In this document: positions 49,970 through 62,599 of the stretch, piece by piece
How positions within the stretch are numbered: the first letter of the stretch is position 1
How the letters are laid out: every line of letters starts with the position of its first letter
Source of the DNA: Felis catus
Lineage: Eukaryota
Assembly: GCF_018350175.1 (NCBI RefSeq)
Contig: NC_058368.1
Location: 137,270,001 to 137,334,000 of the forward strand
Reading direction: 5' to 3'
Length of the DNA: 64,000 nt
The notes under the pieces: generated by a model
Told to the model about the DNA's origin: nothing
Databases searched by the model: none
The model's input: only the letters and a program-made list of their open reading frames with translations
Position numbers and translations under genes: made by a program

Positions 49970-51385
49970 TATTTTTTAAAATAACAGTTATATTGATATA
50001 TAATTCATGTACTATACAATTTGCCCTTTTAAAATGTACCATAAAGTGGTTTTTCGCATATTCACAGGATTGTACAATCTCTACTATCTAATTTTAAACC
50101 GCTTTTGTCACCCCCAAGAGAAACCCTATATCTACTGGTAGTCACTCTCTATTTTCTCTCCTCTAATCCTTGGAAACCACGAATCTACTTTTTGTCTCTG
50201 TCTTTGCCTATTCTGGAGATAGATGGAGATTTATGTACATCTGTATAGATATATCTAAGGAGATATATATTTTACATATGAAAATTATATACCCATATAT
50301 TTTTGTATATCTCTCTCTATATATTTTATATATATCTCTATAGAAATATAGAGAGATATATAGTGGTGTCACATAAATATAGTCCTACAGTATGTAGTCT
50401 TTTGTAACTGGATCTTTTCACTTGGAATGATGTTTTTGAGGTAGCATGCATTAGCACTTTATTCCTTTTTAATATCAATTAATATTCTGTTATATGGATA
50501 TACTATATTTTGTTTATTCATCCATCAGTTAATGGACATTTGAGTTATTTCCACTTCTTGGCTCCCACAAATAATGCTGCTGTGAACATTTGTGCACAAG
50601 TTTTGTGTGGACACATGCTTTCATTTCCATTAGGAGTGGAATTGCTGGGTCATATGGTAACACTATGTTTAACCGTTTGAAGAATTGCCAAACTCTTTTC
50701 CAAAGCAGCTGCAGCATTTACATCCCCACCAGCAATGCATGAGAGTTCCAATTTCTCCCCATTTTTGTCAATACTTGTTATTATCTGTCCTTCTTACTAT
50801 AGCTATCTTAGTGGGTATAAAGTGGTATCTCGTTATTTTGATTTGCATTTCCCTAAAGGCTAATTATGTTGAACATCTTTTCTTATGCTTATCAGCCATT
50901 TGTACATCTTCTTTAGAGAAATACAGATCCCTTGCCCATTTTTTTAATTTGGTTATTCATCTTTTTTATCATTGAGATGTAAGAATTCTTTATTCCAGAC
51001 ACAGGTCTCTTCTCTGATAAGTTCTTTGCAAATATTTTTTCTTAGTCCGTGGATAGTCTTTTTACTTTCTTCCTTGATAGTATCCTTTGAAGCACAAACA
51101 TTTTAAATTTTGATGAAGTCCAACTTATCTACTTTTTTCTTTTGTTGTGTGAGCTTTTGGTGTCATATCTAACAAGTCCTTTCCTACTGAAGGTCATAAA
51201 GATTTATTTCCATGTTTCCTTTTAAGAATTTTCTAATTTTAGCACTTATATTTTGAGTTAATTTTTGTATATGATATGAGGTAGAGGTCCAGATTTATTC
51301 TTCTGCATTTGGATACTCAGTTGTCCCAGCTCTATTTGTTGAAAACCGTCTTTCCCAATTTAATTGTTTTGGCACCTTTGTTGAA
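49970..51385 (-). mobile_element. L1MB-like 3' end nested in the older L1
   Basis: TTGATATATAATTCATGTACTATACAATT 3'UTR; LPYDPAIPLL ORF2 C-terminus. Confidence 0.8.
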
Positions 51386-51892
51386 GCTTTGCTCAACTTC
51401 TTAAGTCTGTGGGTTTATGCCTTTTGTCAAATTTCCGAAGTTTTCAGCTATTATTTCTTTGAGTATTTTTTAATGTCATTCTCTTTCTTTTCTCCTTCCA
51501 GGACTCTGAGGACATGAATTTTAAACCATTTGTTAATTCCATGAGACTCCATCCATTCATTTTTTCAATTTACTTTCTCTCTGTTGTTAAAATGGGTAAT
51601 TTCTATTGCTCTGTCTACAATTTCACTGATTCTTTCCTCTGTCTCCTCTACTGAGAGAGTTGTTGAACTCATCCACTTAGTTTTTTATTTTGATTATTGT
51701 ATGTTTTAGTTCCGAAATTCCTTTTGGTCCTTCTTTATGTCTTCTATTTCTTTGCTGAGACTTTCTATTTTTTCCCTGTGTTTCAAGTGTTTTTGTAGTT
51801 GCTCAAAAGTGTTTTATGTCTGCTTTAAACTCTTTGTCAGACAATTCTAACATCTCTGTCATCTTGGTTTTGAAATCTGTTAGTTGTCTTTT

Positions 51893-51910
51893 GTTTTTTT
51901 AAGTTTATTT

Positions 51911-51949
<39 letters not shown>

Positions 51950-52099
51950 CAGAGAGAGATGGAGAGCGAGGATACCAAACAGGCTCTGTGCTGTCAGCGT
52001 GGAGCCAGACCCTGGGCTTGATCTCACGAACCATGAGATCATGATCTGAGCCAAAATCGAGAGTCAGATACCTAACCGACTGAGCCACCCAGGCACCCC
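51893..52099 (-). mobile_element. CAN-SINE with (GA)n
   Basis: Antisense body; flanking TTAGTTGTCTTTT repeat. Confidence 0.9.
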
Positions 52100-55000
52100 A
52101 ATTAGTTGTCTTTTTAAATACAGTTTGAGATCTTTCTAGTTCTTGATATGATGAGCAATTTTCAACTGAGACCTAAACATTTGGGGTATCATGTTATAAG
52201 ACTTTGGATCTTATTTAAATATTCTGTTTTAGCTGGCTTTTTCTGACAAAGCATTGGAAGAGGAAGTAGGGGTGGGCAGCAGGCTCCACCTCATTACTGC
52301 CAGGTTGGAGAGTAGTCTAAGTTCCTCCATTGGCCTCCACTGACACCCAAGAAGAAAGTCTCTGTCTCTGTCTCACATTACTGGCCAGCAGGGAAAGTCT
52401 GGGCTGCCTACTTAGCTTCTCTGACAGCAGAGGATGGGAGGTAGGGTTGGGGCACCTTATTATATAGTCTGGTGAGGGTGGGAGTCTGGGCTTTCCACTA
52501 GGTCTTTGTTGACTTGAGTTGGGGAACGAGGGGAAGGGGAATCCATGATTTTTTTCTGTAGTTTCCACTTTTCCTTAGTTTTAGCAGTTACTGTCTAAAT
52601 GTTTTTGTTTTTGTTTTTGTTTTTGTTTTATCTCTCATACTACCTCTTTCCTGGTTCTTCAGCTAAAGAGAGCAGTATTTTGTGGGGGATTTTTTTGGTG
52701 TGTCTGAACCATTGGCATTTCCAGGTTACCAGCTCCTTCAGTTTCGAGTCTGGGATATATGAGGCAAAAACAAAACCCTGGGGAACTAACTAGCGTGTTG
52801 TTCCTTGAGTCCTGAGGGCACCGGCTGGCCTGTCTTCTCTCCATCTTTCAGAGTCTCCTTATGTTTGTTTTATATGTAATGTTTAGAGTTTTAAGTTGTA
52901 CCTACAGGGAGGAATAGGGCGAAAGTAGGTCTACTCCATCTTCCCATAAGTAGAAGTCTAAGTAGAACTTTTCATAAATAGAATCATATTTTAATCACTA
53001 GGGGATATTAATAGTTAAAGGAACTTTGAAGTTAATCCTTTTAACTCCCTAATAACTCTCTAATTTATCTTTTTTGTACATTCAAACTATATAGGGGGTT
53101 TGCTTCAGAGGAAAATGCCTATAGATTATTTACACATTTCTAACTATTGGCTATCACTGTCCTCTTTTGAAATTTGAATTACATTCTTCTAAATATCACT
53201 TAAAAAAATTTTTTTTCCCTTGATGTCAGTCTGAAGATATTTCAATGAAAGGCAATTCCTTAAACTGTCTACTATTAAAGAATATAATGAGAATTCCCAC
53301 ATCTTTCAGAAGTGTAAGGTGGGAACATTACTCAGAAGCATTCTGTTTTTTAAGATCACCTGTATCTAAAAGATGATTTTACTTCTTTTACTGTGTTTCT
53401 GTACGCTCACCAACAATTGCCTATTAAAGATATTTAACAATTTTTGGACTTTCAAACTTGTAATTTTTATTCAATCACCGTTCCTCCTTCTCAAACATCT
53501 GTTCTTTCATATGTATTAACATCTAGTAATAGTATCTTTTATTGCCTTCTAACTATCTGCCAGGCACTCTGCTAATGAGCTCTTAATATACTTTATCTTA
53601 TTTAATCCTGTTTAAGACAAGGAAGTGAAGCTCAGAAAGACTGAATTGGAAGCATTCAGAAGAGGTGAAGCCAGTATCGGCATACAAGCCCTGTGCCTCC
53701 CAGTTTCATGCTTGTTTGACAATGCTACATCTGACAGAGTGAGCATCTTTTCCTTCCGAGGGGAAAGCTTATAGGTAGGTTTCTCAATGTATTTTGTAAT
53801 TTCTACCATTCTTTGATTTTTATCCTCACCAATTTGTTCACCTAAAAAAAGAATTAATACAGAAAATTTAAATATGAGGTATCTGTAGTAGGGTTGGGGG
53901 TTAAAATCTAAGGCATTTACTGTTTTTAATTTAAGTGTACGTCCTTAAAAAATACGGACCAAGTTTTACTACATGAGCTTTGCTGCTTTGTATTCGGGTC
54001 TAAAGAGAAAACACTGCTGGGCAGCTGCTATTTCATGTGCACACTGTGCAAAGGATTAACAGGTAACAGGAAAAGTAAAATAAAATAAGCCATGTTAATA
54101 AGCCCTTCTTAATGGTAAGAAGATTTACTGTTTAAAACATGTATTTTTAATCTAACCTAGAACGTAGAGACAAAAAGGCTATACGTACAAGCAGCTCTTC
54201 ATTCAATACAGAGCTATTCATACTAAATTTTAATGCGCTTTCATTTAAGTTTCATAAAAGTGTGGATATTTAATTTTCTTAGGCTCAATTTCACAACATT
54301 TGATGATCAGTATTTTTTTATTTCAAAAGATTTTGGTCAATAAATCCTCTTACATACACTAAATAATACTTCACCTTTTAAAATTAATTTCATTTACTTC
54401 CAAGGTATTATTCAGGTGAATTCCTGACTAATTGCTTTGTCAGTAGTTCTTTACATCTGTCATTATTTGCTAAACCTTTACATTTAAAAAGTATTCCTGT
54501 TGTTTTTCCTTAGCAAAGTAAATTGCAGAAACCACACATCCCGTGATTTGCAAGGATCAGGGCTCCCTTGATGTCCCAAAAAAGTCCCATGATGGGACTT
54601 TTCAAATGCAGAAATAAGCTCTTTTTGTTATTTGGATAAATGTATGTATTCTGGGTAAATTTTCCTGCAGATACACTAACCTACATTTCGGAAGGTTTAC
54701 ATTAAGTTGTTTTCTTAGTAATATACTCCCATCTGGAGACCTCTTTTGGTGCGTGATCCTGTATCTAACTGCTATCAAATTAACATTAGAAAATGTTGGA
54801 ATCCTAATTATGAGTGTCTTAGTTATGTAAAATATTTTTTCTTCGTATGTTCCATTTCCTAATGATAAAAAATAGTCCTTCTAGATTCAAAATTTAAGTG
54901 AAATAAATTGTTTTGTAAAATGACTTGTTGCAAATGAAAACTATTAGCAAGTTTGTTACCAAATAAGCTTTATCAATGTAAATAAAAAAAACCTTTCTAG

Positions 55001-55968
55001 TATTGGTACTATAATTTTACCTCCAATAAGCCTGGAAGGCAACAACTGCTACACATTTTCAAAACATAATATATACAGCACTTACAAATAGGACAGTAAA
55101 AACTGCCGGCATTTTACACACGTTGATCTTATGAGGAAGGATATTATCAGCAGCAGCATCACCATGGGTTATAATGATCATCTAGGTATGCAAATTTAAA
55201 ATAATAATACATAGGAAATTTATATATAAGAATAATGTGGGGAAAGGAACTGTTATTTATCAGTTCATTACCATTATTATAATTGAGTATAAAAACATCT
55301 ATGTCTCCCATTTTGGATTATGCTCTGTTTAGAAAACAGAAGGCATTTTAATTTCTCATGATGGCTGCTTACAAAGAGGAGGGCTTCTTATTTCTAAAAG
55401 GAAGACACTGGTTTTAACATACACCTGGACATGTAAAACTTAATTTTATAAATCCTTTAATTTTGCATAGAAAGCAGTTGACATGCTAGATACAGCATAC
55501 CTCAAAAGTCAATCATGCAACATTCGCAGGCAGCCCTCTGCCCATATCCATCTACTGAAGTCGTTCCTGTTTTTTACCAGCAACGTTGGAACTGTATTAT
55601 TGGGGGATATGCGGCATGTTCCGTGTTAAATAGGCTCCCGGGGCAGGGCTGTCACTTTGGAGATTATCCGGAAGTATGGAAGTTCGTCTGGGGTAGGGTC
55701 GTCACGCTTAGGAGGCCCTGGACAGCCCCTAAGCGTCCACACTTGCAGGGCCATTTTTGGTCGAGGCCTCACGGCGCAGAGCAGCCGGCTGCAGCGCGGC
55801 TTGAGCCACCGCTGGCGCGCGCCGCCGACCGCAGGTCAGCGGACCTAGCAGGCCCAGGCCGCGGTTTTCCCCGCCGCGCCGCCGTTGCCTAGGCGACCGC
55901 CGCCGAACGTTCCCGCGGCGGGCCCCGCCCCCCGGCCAATCGGACCAGCGCTCGTCCGAGCCCAGATT

Positions 55969-56066
55969 CTCTTTGTTCCGCAGCCATTTCAGGCCCCGGA
56001 CGGGAGGCAGCGCCGCTTCGGCAGAGGGCCCGAGCGCCGGAGGCCTCTGGGATGGTGTGGGACCGG
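55969..56066 (+). other. TNPO1: TNPO1 exon 1 (5'UTR plus first five codons); TSS position approximate
   Basis: Pyrimidine initiator downstream of GC and CCAAT boxes, ATG at 56052, donor CGG|GTAGGT at 56066/56067. Confidence 0.8.
56052..56066 (+). CDS. TNPO1: Transportin-1 (karyopherin beta-2) first coding exon, MVWDR; remaining exons lie beyond the window
   Basis: GGGATGG Kozak context; ATG GTG TGG GAC CGG matches the remembered human TNPO1 isoform-1 N-terminus MVWDR-QTKMEYEWKP; phase-0 GT donor follows immediately. Only five residues are visible. Confidence 0.85.
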
Positions 56067-58689
56067 GTAGGTGGCGTGAGGGTGCGCGGCCCCTGACTGG
56101 AGGGCGGGAGCGGAGGCAGGCTGTTCCGAAGCTGCTTGAGGGGCCGCGGGAAGAGGCGCCCGACCCGCCGCCCTCCCGGCCGTTTGGAGCCCGGCGGCGG
56201 CGGCGGCGCGGTTCTAAGGCCAACAGCTGTCCGGCGGGACGCCGGCGGCGGTCGGGCAGCGCCTCCTCAGGTGTCCGAGGTCGGCCTGGGGGCCAGTAAG
56301 AGCGGCGAGGAGGGGAGCGTCTTCTCGCCGGGGAGCTGTTACACCGCGGCGTTAGAGGGCCTTGGTGCCGCAGTCGCTGCGCCAGGACGGCTGCTTCTGC
56401 CGGTTCTCGGCGCTTTGGGGCACTGCCTGCCTCTGCCCCGGATGGCCCGTCTTTGTCCCCCGCCCGTTCCCCTTTGCCCGGGTGTCCCAGGCCCGCACAC
56501 GCCTTCCTCTCCACACTCCGCTCGGGCGGATCGCTTTCTCTGGGCGGTTCTTGCCCCTTGTGGCCTCTTGGCCTCACGACATATTTACATAACTTTAATG
56601 TTAGTAACTGCACGGGCTTTGCGTGGGCTTGTGTTTTTTTCACTTCCACCCTTTTGTACTTCTCCCACGCGAACACGCGACAGGGAACAGCTGCCGAGGA
56701 GCAGACCAGCTACCGCAATTAAGCCAAGGCTTTCTTCCTTTAAAAATGATCGCCTATTTGTCTACTGATGTAAAAACCAGCTGGATGCGGCAAGGACTGC
56801 TTGCTACCTAAATCTAAGTCCGTTTTCTTAATCACTAATTAGTTTGGTCCATCAACAGATTTGGATGTAGAAATGTAAACTTGGCGGGATTCACAAATTG
56901 GTTTTGACAGTTGTTTTAAGAAGCTTCATAACAATCCTACCTTGAAACAGTGATGACTTCATTGATGAGTTTATAAATGGTAATTTTTTTAGCCTAAAGA
57001 AAAGATGTCTATAAAAAAAACAAGTTGTATTGTCTAATCGGTATTTGGAAATATAAGGTGGTAAAATGGCTATCCTTGAAAGGCTTATTTTCATTTAGGG
57101 TAACAAAAGTTCCTTTTAGATTTTAACTTTCCCTTTTGTATCAAAGCTTTCATACTAGAATGGCAAGTAAGTTCCACTTACTGAAGCAGGGAAGTATTCG
57201 GTCTTGGGGGAGAAACGATTTTGTTTTCCACTTGAACCCTGCCCTGCACACCCTTCTTCTTGAACAATGACTCCACCAGGTTGAAAACTTGCAGTCGCAA
57301 AAGGGGAATGTTAGTTTGAAGGTGCAGATTTCTCTTTTACTCCCCAGCATATGCATTCATAAATGCCTACCAGTTTACCAGTCCAGTTTTTACGTCACCT
57401 GAGTTAATGTTAGCCTAATGAACTACTAGTGCTCCATTTTGTTTTTCCTAAAAGGGCCCCACCTGGGTCACCCTTGAGGTTACATTTTTGTCTCAGGCAT
57501 TCAGGGAATTACTAAATTCCTCCCACAGAAATACCTATAAAAATGTTTTAAAGTAATCAAGCTTATTACCAAAATATGTTATGAGCAGGATAAGATTTTG
57601 GAAAAAAATGCACATGATTCTGGTTGTAAATATTTCCATTATCAACACTTGATACTGTATTCATTGTTTTTATGACTAGTTTTTCTTTTTTATATAACGT
57701 TAAATCCATCACATGAGCTCAAGTTTTCTAAATATTGTAAATGAACTTCACTGAAATGTAAATGTACTATATTTAGAAGAATTGCTTGCTTTTATCCATG
57801 TTGGAATCTGCAAATACTGTTTTTAAAAGAAATTTGATTAATAAAGGAAGGCAAAACAAGTAACAAGTCTTGAAATAAATTTATCAAATGTAAACCGCAG
57901 AGAGGAACACAGCAGTAAGTGGGAGTTACGTTTATTGCCTGGAGTATAAATTGTGACTGTTTTGTCCTGGAGTTGATACTTGAATTTATACTGGTGCCAA
58001 AAAGGTCTTTCTCCCAGAAAAACAATTTGGTCTACCAGCAAACGGGTGAGAAAGCTGAAAGAATGAAAGTGATTGATTAACTGATGATTGTTTTCAAAAA
58101 CAGTGGAGAATAATGCCATCTTCAAAAATCGATCAGAGACAAAAAATTCCCCAAATGTTGGGAGTCTTTCTTAATTGGTGCCGTTCATCCAGTGTCGCGG
58201 CAGATATCCAGTGAGTGTTGGCAGGTGAAAGGAGTCTCCTGGGTTGCAGGGTGAACTTTATGATGGAGGACAGGTATAGTGGTAACTGTATAGATTTGTA
58301 GTTCTGTGGTTGGGTGTTGGTGTAGGAGAGTTTCTAGAAGCCTCTGTTCATTTGGTTGCCTCAGGACCTCCTTACTAGAATTCTTTGAAGTACTGAAAGT
58401 GGGTGTAATAACTAAGAATGGTTAAATGAGTTTCAGTGATTAAATGAGATATTGGAACAGGAAATAGGGATGCAGATTTGTCTTGGAATTTTCTGGAGTG
58501 GATAGAACCCATACAGGAATGGTGGCTACATCTTGTTCCAAAATGGCACCTGATGGCAGAGCAAATAGTTGAACTCAGAACTAAAAGAATGCCTAGAGCT
58601 AAAAGAAAGCTGTTAACTGAATGACCACAAGATTGGAGTTGACATTTGCCTTTTTAATAGTTAAAATTTAAAAGCAAAGCAAATCTTCA

Positions 58690-58910
58690 AATGTAGCGGT
58701 TAGGAACAGGAGCTCTAGAGCCAGACTCCTTGGATTCAAATGTTGGCACCTTCTGAAATCATGTGTGGACTTGGGCAAGTTACTTCATTTCACTGTGCCT
58801 CAGTTTTTTCATCTCATAATGCTGTGGGGATTAACTGAATTAATTTGGTAAACTCTTAGAACGGGGCCTGATGTGGTAAACACTCCATAAATAATAAGTG
58901 CTATTATCAT
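58690..58910 (+). mobile_element. MIR
   Basis: GACTTGGGCAAGTTACTT...GTGCCTCAGTTTTTTCATCT. Confidence 0.8.
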
Positions 58911-59063
58911 CATGATCATTGATATTTTAGAAAATAACCCATCAAATTATAATCACTAATATCTAGACTTTGAGATAATTACTGTAAACCCATTGATATA
59001 TTTCCTTTCAATATTTTTTCTCAGTTTATTTGATTTTTACATAGTTGAGACTTTATGAATAGC

Positions 59064-59279
59064 TTTTTTTTTAATTTTTTTTTTAATGTTTATTTATTTT
59101 TGAGACAGAGCATGAACGGGGGAGGGTCAGAGAGAGAGAGGGAGCCACAGAATCGGAAGCAGGCTCCAGGCTCTGAGCCACCAGCCCAGAGCCCGACGCG
59201 GGGCTCGAACTCATGGAGTGTGAGATCGTGACCTGAGCTGAAGTCGGACGCTTAACCGACTGAGCCACCCAGGCGCCCC
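59064..59279 (-). mobile_element. CAN-SINE (SINEC_Fc)
   Basis: TSD ATGAATAGCTTTT. Confidence 0.93.
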
Positions 59280-59374
59280 ATGAATAGCTTTTCATTCTGT
59301 TTTTTCACTTAGCAACATTAGCATTTTCTCCTGTTAATTTGTTAGCACTTAAAATTTTTTTTTATTTTAAATTT

Positions 59375-59583
59375 TCTTTTTTATAAGTTTATTTATTTAT
59401 TTTGAGATAAGAGTGCACATGAGCATTGTAGGGACAGAGAGGAGGAGAGAAAGAATCCCAAGCTGGCTCCTCACTGTCAGTACAGAGTCCGACACGGGGC
59501 TCAAACTCATGACCATGAGATCATGACCTGAGCCAAAATCAAGAGCTGAACACACTCAGCCAATTGAGCCACCTAGGTGCCCC
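59375..59583 (-). mobile_element. CAN-SINE
   Basis: Antisense canonical body. Confidence 0.88.
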
Positions 59584-60500
59584 TGTGAGCATTTTTTAAA
59601 AATGACCTCATAATGTGATTTTCTCATAATTAAACAATGTCCTAGTGGACAGTTAGCAAGTTTCTAATTTTTTTTTTTTTTTGGCAGTCTAAGAAATGTT
59701 ACAATGAACATCCTTTTACATCAAACAGCTTCTGTGTTTTAGCTTATTTCTTTAAGATAGATTCTCCAAAGGGAAAATACTGGGTTGGAGTATATGAATA
59801 TCCAAAGCTCCCATATTGTTTTTACTTAAGAAAATTTACTAATGGACTTAAAACTGAGGAGCACAGCATTTATTGCCCTTATTGCTTGAGATGGGAAGGA
59901 AGAGGGAGTGAAATAACATTTTTTCCATATACTATACCAGGCATTATTTGTAGGTATTTATCATACTTTTTTACTTTTATATACATGCTGCTCGGTATCA
60001 TAGTTCTTTGTTACACTTGGGAGTTACCTGTAGATAAGCAAGTACTTTGCCCATGGACTCAGAATGTTCAAGGCTGAATCTGAATCTAGATCTACCTGAT
60101 TGCAAAGCTCATATCCTTTAATGGTAAAATTTCATGTAATATACATATTCAGAATCTTATGAATATGTACACATTGAATAAATACAGAACCTTGTGATGA
60201 ATCTTATAATTCACTATAACTTAGTGGATCTACACATTATGAAAATAGTAAACTTGAGCTGGAGGTAATGAATGGGTAAATTACAAAGTTAAACCAGGAG
60301 GCCTTAACTATCTGCATATATTTTACAAAAGGAAAAAATATCCTTACCTGAAAGAAATGTAATGAGGTGTACCTGAATGGTTTCTAAAATGAATGCAAAA
60401 AGTATTTGTGGTGAAACACTCTTTGTAATGACCTCAGCACAGATAGGGGAAGAAAAAACAAATCCATCAAATTTGGGAGATCTGTATAAAAAGTGACAAT

Positions 60501-60710
60501 GGCCTGGGTGACTCAGTTGGTTGAGCGTCTGACTTTGGCTCAGGTCGTAATCTCACGGCTCCTGAGTTTGAGCCTCATGTTGGGCTCTGGGCTGACAGCT
60601 CAGAGCCTGGAGCCTGCTTCACATTCTGTGTCTCCCTCTCTCTCTCTCTCTGTCTCTGCCCTGCTCACCCACACTTTCTCTCTCAAAATAAATAAAACAT
60701 GAAAAAAAAA
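60501..60710 (+). mobile_element. CAN-SINE
   Basis: TSD AAAAAGTGACAATGGCCT. Confidence 0.92.
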
Positions 60711-61568
60711 AGTGACAATGGCCTATTAAGAAACCAAATTGAAAAATAAACTTAGTAAAACCCCTGCCAAACTAAAGTCTTAGTAGAGAAATAACAAAAA
60801 AAAAATAGTAATAATAAAAGATACTCCCGTTAAGGAGAATAAGACTGCAAGCTGTAGGGAATTAATTATATGCTGAAAAGTGAAGGGAAAAAGTTAACTG
60901 CGTTTTATAGTTGACCATGAAGGACTCTGAAGCCTTTAATAAAATAATATTCAGCAGAGCCTCTTAATCCTCAGGTATAGAAGTGGCTGTCATAGATAAA
61001 ATGGTCCATCCCAGAAAGGCCAAGTTTCCATTGCTTTTGTCTTTACTAAGGAAGGGATTAGAGTAGAGAAATACTTCACCAAATCGTGACCGTACTCAAT
61101 AAATAAACGATTAGGAATAGGTGGTATCCACTAAAACTATAAAGAAACACTTAGAAAATTGATCACTATGCTGTCATTAAAAATAGTATTTTTGAAAAAT
61201 AATGACATAAAAGTAAACATAGTTACTTTTAGCTGGAGCATAGGAAAACAGGAAAATGATGAGAAAGATGGCAAATTATGAAGGATTGATTTTGTGTGCC
61301 ATTTATTCATTTACTAAACATTTTTTAGTGCTGGGATTGTCCCTTGTCATTTAGGGATTTACATACTACTGGAGAGAGAGATGTGAAGAAAAAAGTGTAA
61401 CAAAGTGTAGTTACAGCTTTACAGTATAAATCTGTGGCCATATCTAGCAGGGCTAGTAATAGAGTTCATGCAGGGAATAGGAGCAGCGCTTCAGACACTG
61501 TCAGCAACGATAAGGACCTACCGTGTTCTTGAAACTGCAAGCAGTTCAGGGGCCCTAAAAGATACCGA

Positions 61569-61730
61569 GCAGGAGCCCATGAACTTTTTCTGTAAAGGAC
61601 TAGACAGTAAATATTTTCTGCTCTGTGGGCCAAACCACCTCAAACGTAGTGCAAAAACAGTCATAGTATGGAAACTCATGGGTTTGACCAGTAAGACTGG
61701 TGGGCCTTAAATGTCTCTAGTAGATAGTAG
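61569..61730. mobile_element. MER58-like hAT-Charlie fossil
   Basis: AACTTTTTCTGTAAAGGACTAGACAGTAAATATTTT...TGTGGGCCA. Confidence 0.65.
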
Positions 61731-61885
61731 AGGGATTTGAGGAAGAGATAACCTACTGGGCCTAGCATGAGCCATAGGAAGATTTGAAACAAGGAATTTG
61801 TAACATTTGTGTGAATCATTAAGAGCGGAATGAATTAGAAAAAGTTTCTTTCTAAGCACTATAAACCATTAAGAAAAGAGAAGAA

Positions 61886-62350
61886 GGGGCACCTGGGTGG
61901 CTCAGTTGGTTGAGCGTCCGACTTTGGCTCAGGTCATGATCTCCTGATTTGTGAATTCGAACCCCGTGTTGGGTTCTGTGCTGACAGCACGGAACCTGCT
62001 TTGGATTCTGTGTCTCCCTCTCTCTCTGCCCCTCCCCCAGTCACTCTGTCTCTCTGTCCCTCTCAAAAATAAACAAACATTAAAAAAAAGAGAAGAGAAG
62101 ACAACTCCGTTTCTTAACAGCCATATTCACAAAAGAGGGGCGCCTGGCTGGCTCAGTCTTGGTTAAGCGTCCGACTTCAGCTCAGGGCATGATCTCGCGG
62201 TTTGTGAGCTCGAGCCCCGCGTCAGGCTCTGTTCTGACAGCTCAGAGCCCGGAGCCTGCTTCGGATTCTGTGTCTCCCTCTGTCTCTCCTCCCTCACTCA
62301 TGATCTCTCTCTCTCTCAAAAATGAATACACATTAAAAAGATTTTTTTTT
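61886..62350 (+). mobile_element. Two tandem CAN-SINEs (61886-62089, 62137-62350)
   Basis: Two heads and tails; TSDs AAAAGAGAAGA and TATT(T)CACAAAAGAG. Confidence 0.9.
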
Positions 62351-62599
62351 TATTTTCACAAAAGAGAATCTCAATACAGCTAATGCTCTGCCCCACCAGT
62401 AGAGAAGTGCAAAGTAAAACGGCGATATTTTGTTTGCTGTCATACTGGCAAAAGTGAAAAAGTTTTGCTAGTGTGTATTGACAAGGTTGTAGTGGAAACT
62501 CCTACGTTGAGTAAGTCAGTAGAGCCATTTTAATTTTAAAGCAAAAACATTTTGACACAGCAATTTCCATTTCTTAGAGAAGCATGGGAATGAGTGTAT

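Larger units (their letters stand above)
45963..52960 (-). mobile_element. Old internally deleted L1 (L1MC/MD-like) hosting two further L1s and SINEs
   Basis: T-rich antisense L1: 3' ORF2/UTR at 45963-46228 and 47629-47840, ORF2 pieces to ~48700, 5' region to ~52960. Confidence 0.75.
55690..56600. promoter_or_regulatory. TNPO1: CpG-island promoter of TNPO1
   Basis: Very high GC and CpG density; X-box GTTGCCTAGGCGAC 55884-55897, GC box 55923-55932, CCAAT 55936-55940, YY1-like GCCATTT 55983-55989. Confidence 0.9.

Noticed and set aside
55188..55195. Octamer ATGCAAAT
   Set aside because: A single 8-mer in AT-rich DNA is expected by chance
55704..55736. 9-bp inverted repeat ACGCTTAGG/CCTAAGCGT
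   Set aside because: Too short to distinguish from chance; no RNA-family features
55515..56811. Long overlapping ORFs (315, 210, 125, 108 aa) at the CpG island
   Set aside because: Arg/Pro/Gly/Ala-rich, open in several frames on both strands because GC-rich DNA lacks stops; no recognisable protein
57790..58260. Unique intronic sequence with a CA|GTAAGT donor-like site near 57914 as a TNPO1 exon
   Set aside because: No TNPO1-like translation and no convincing upstream acceptor
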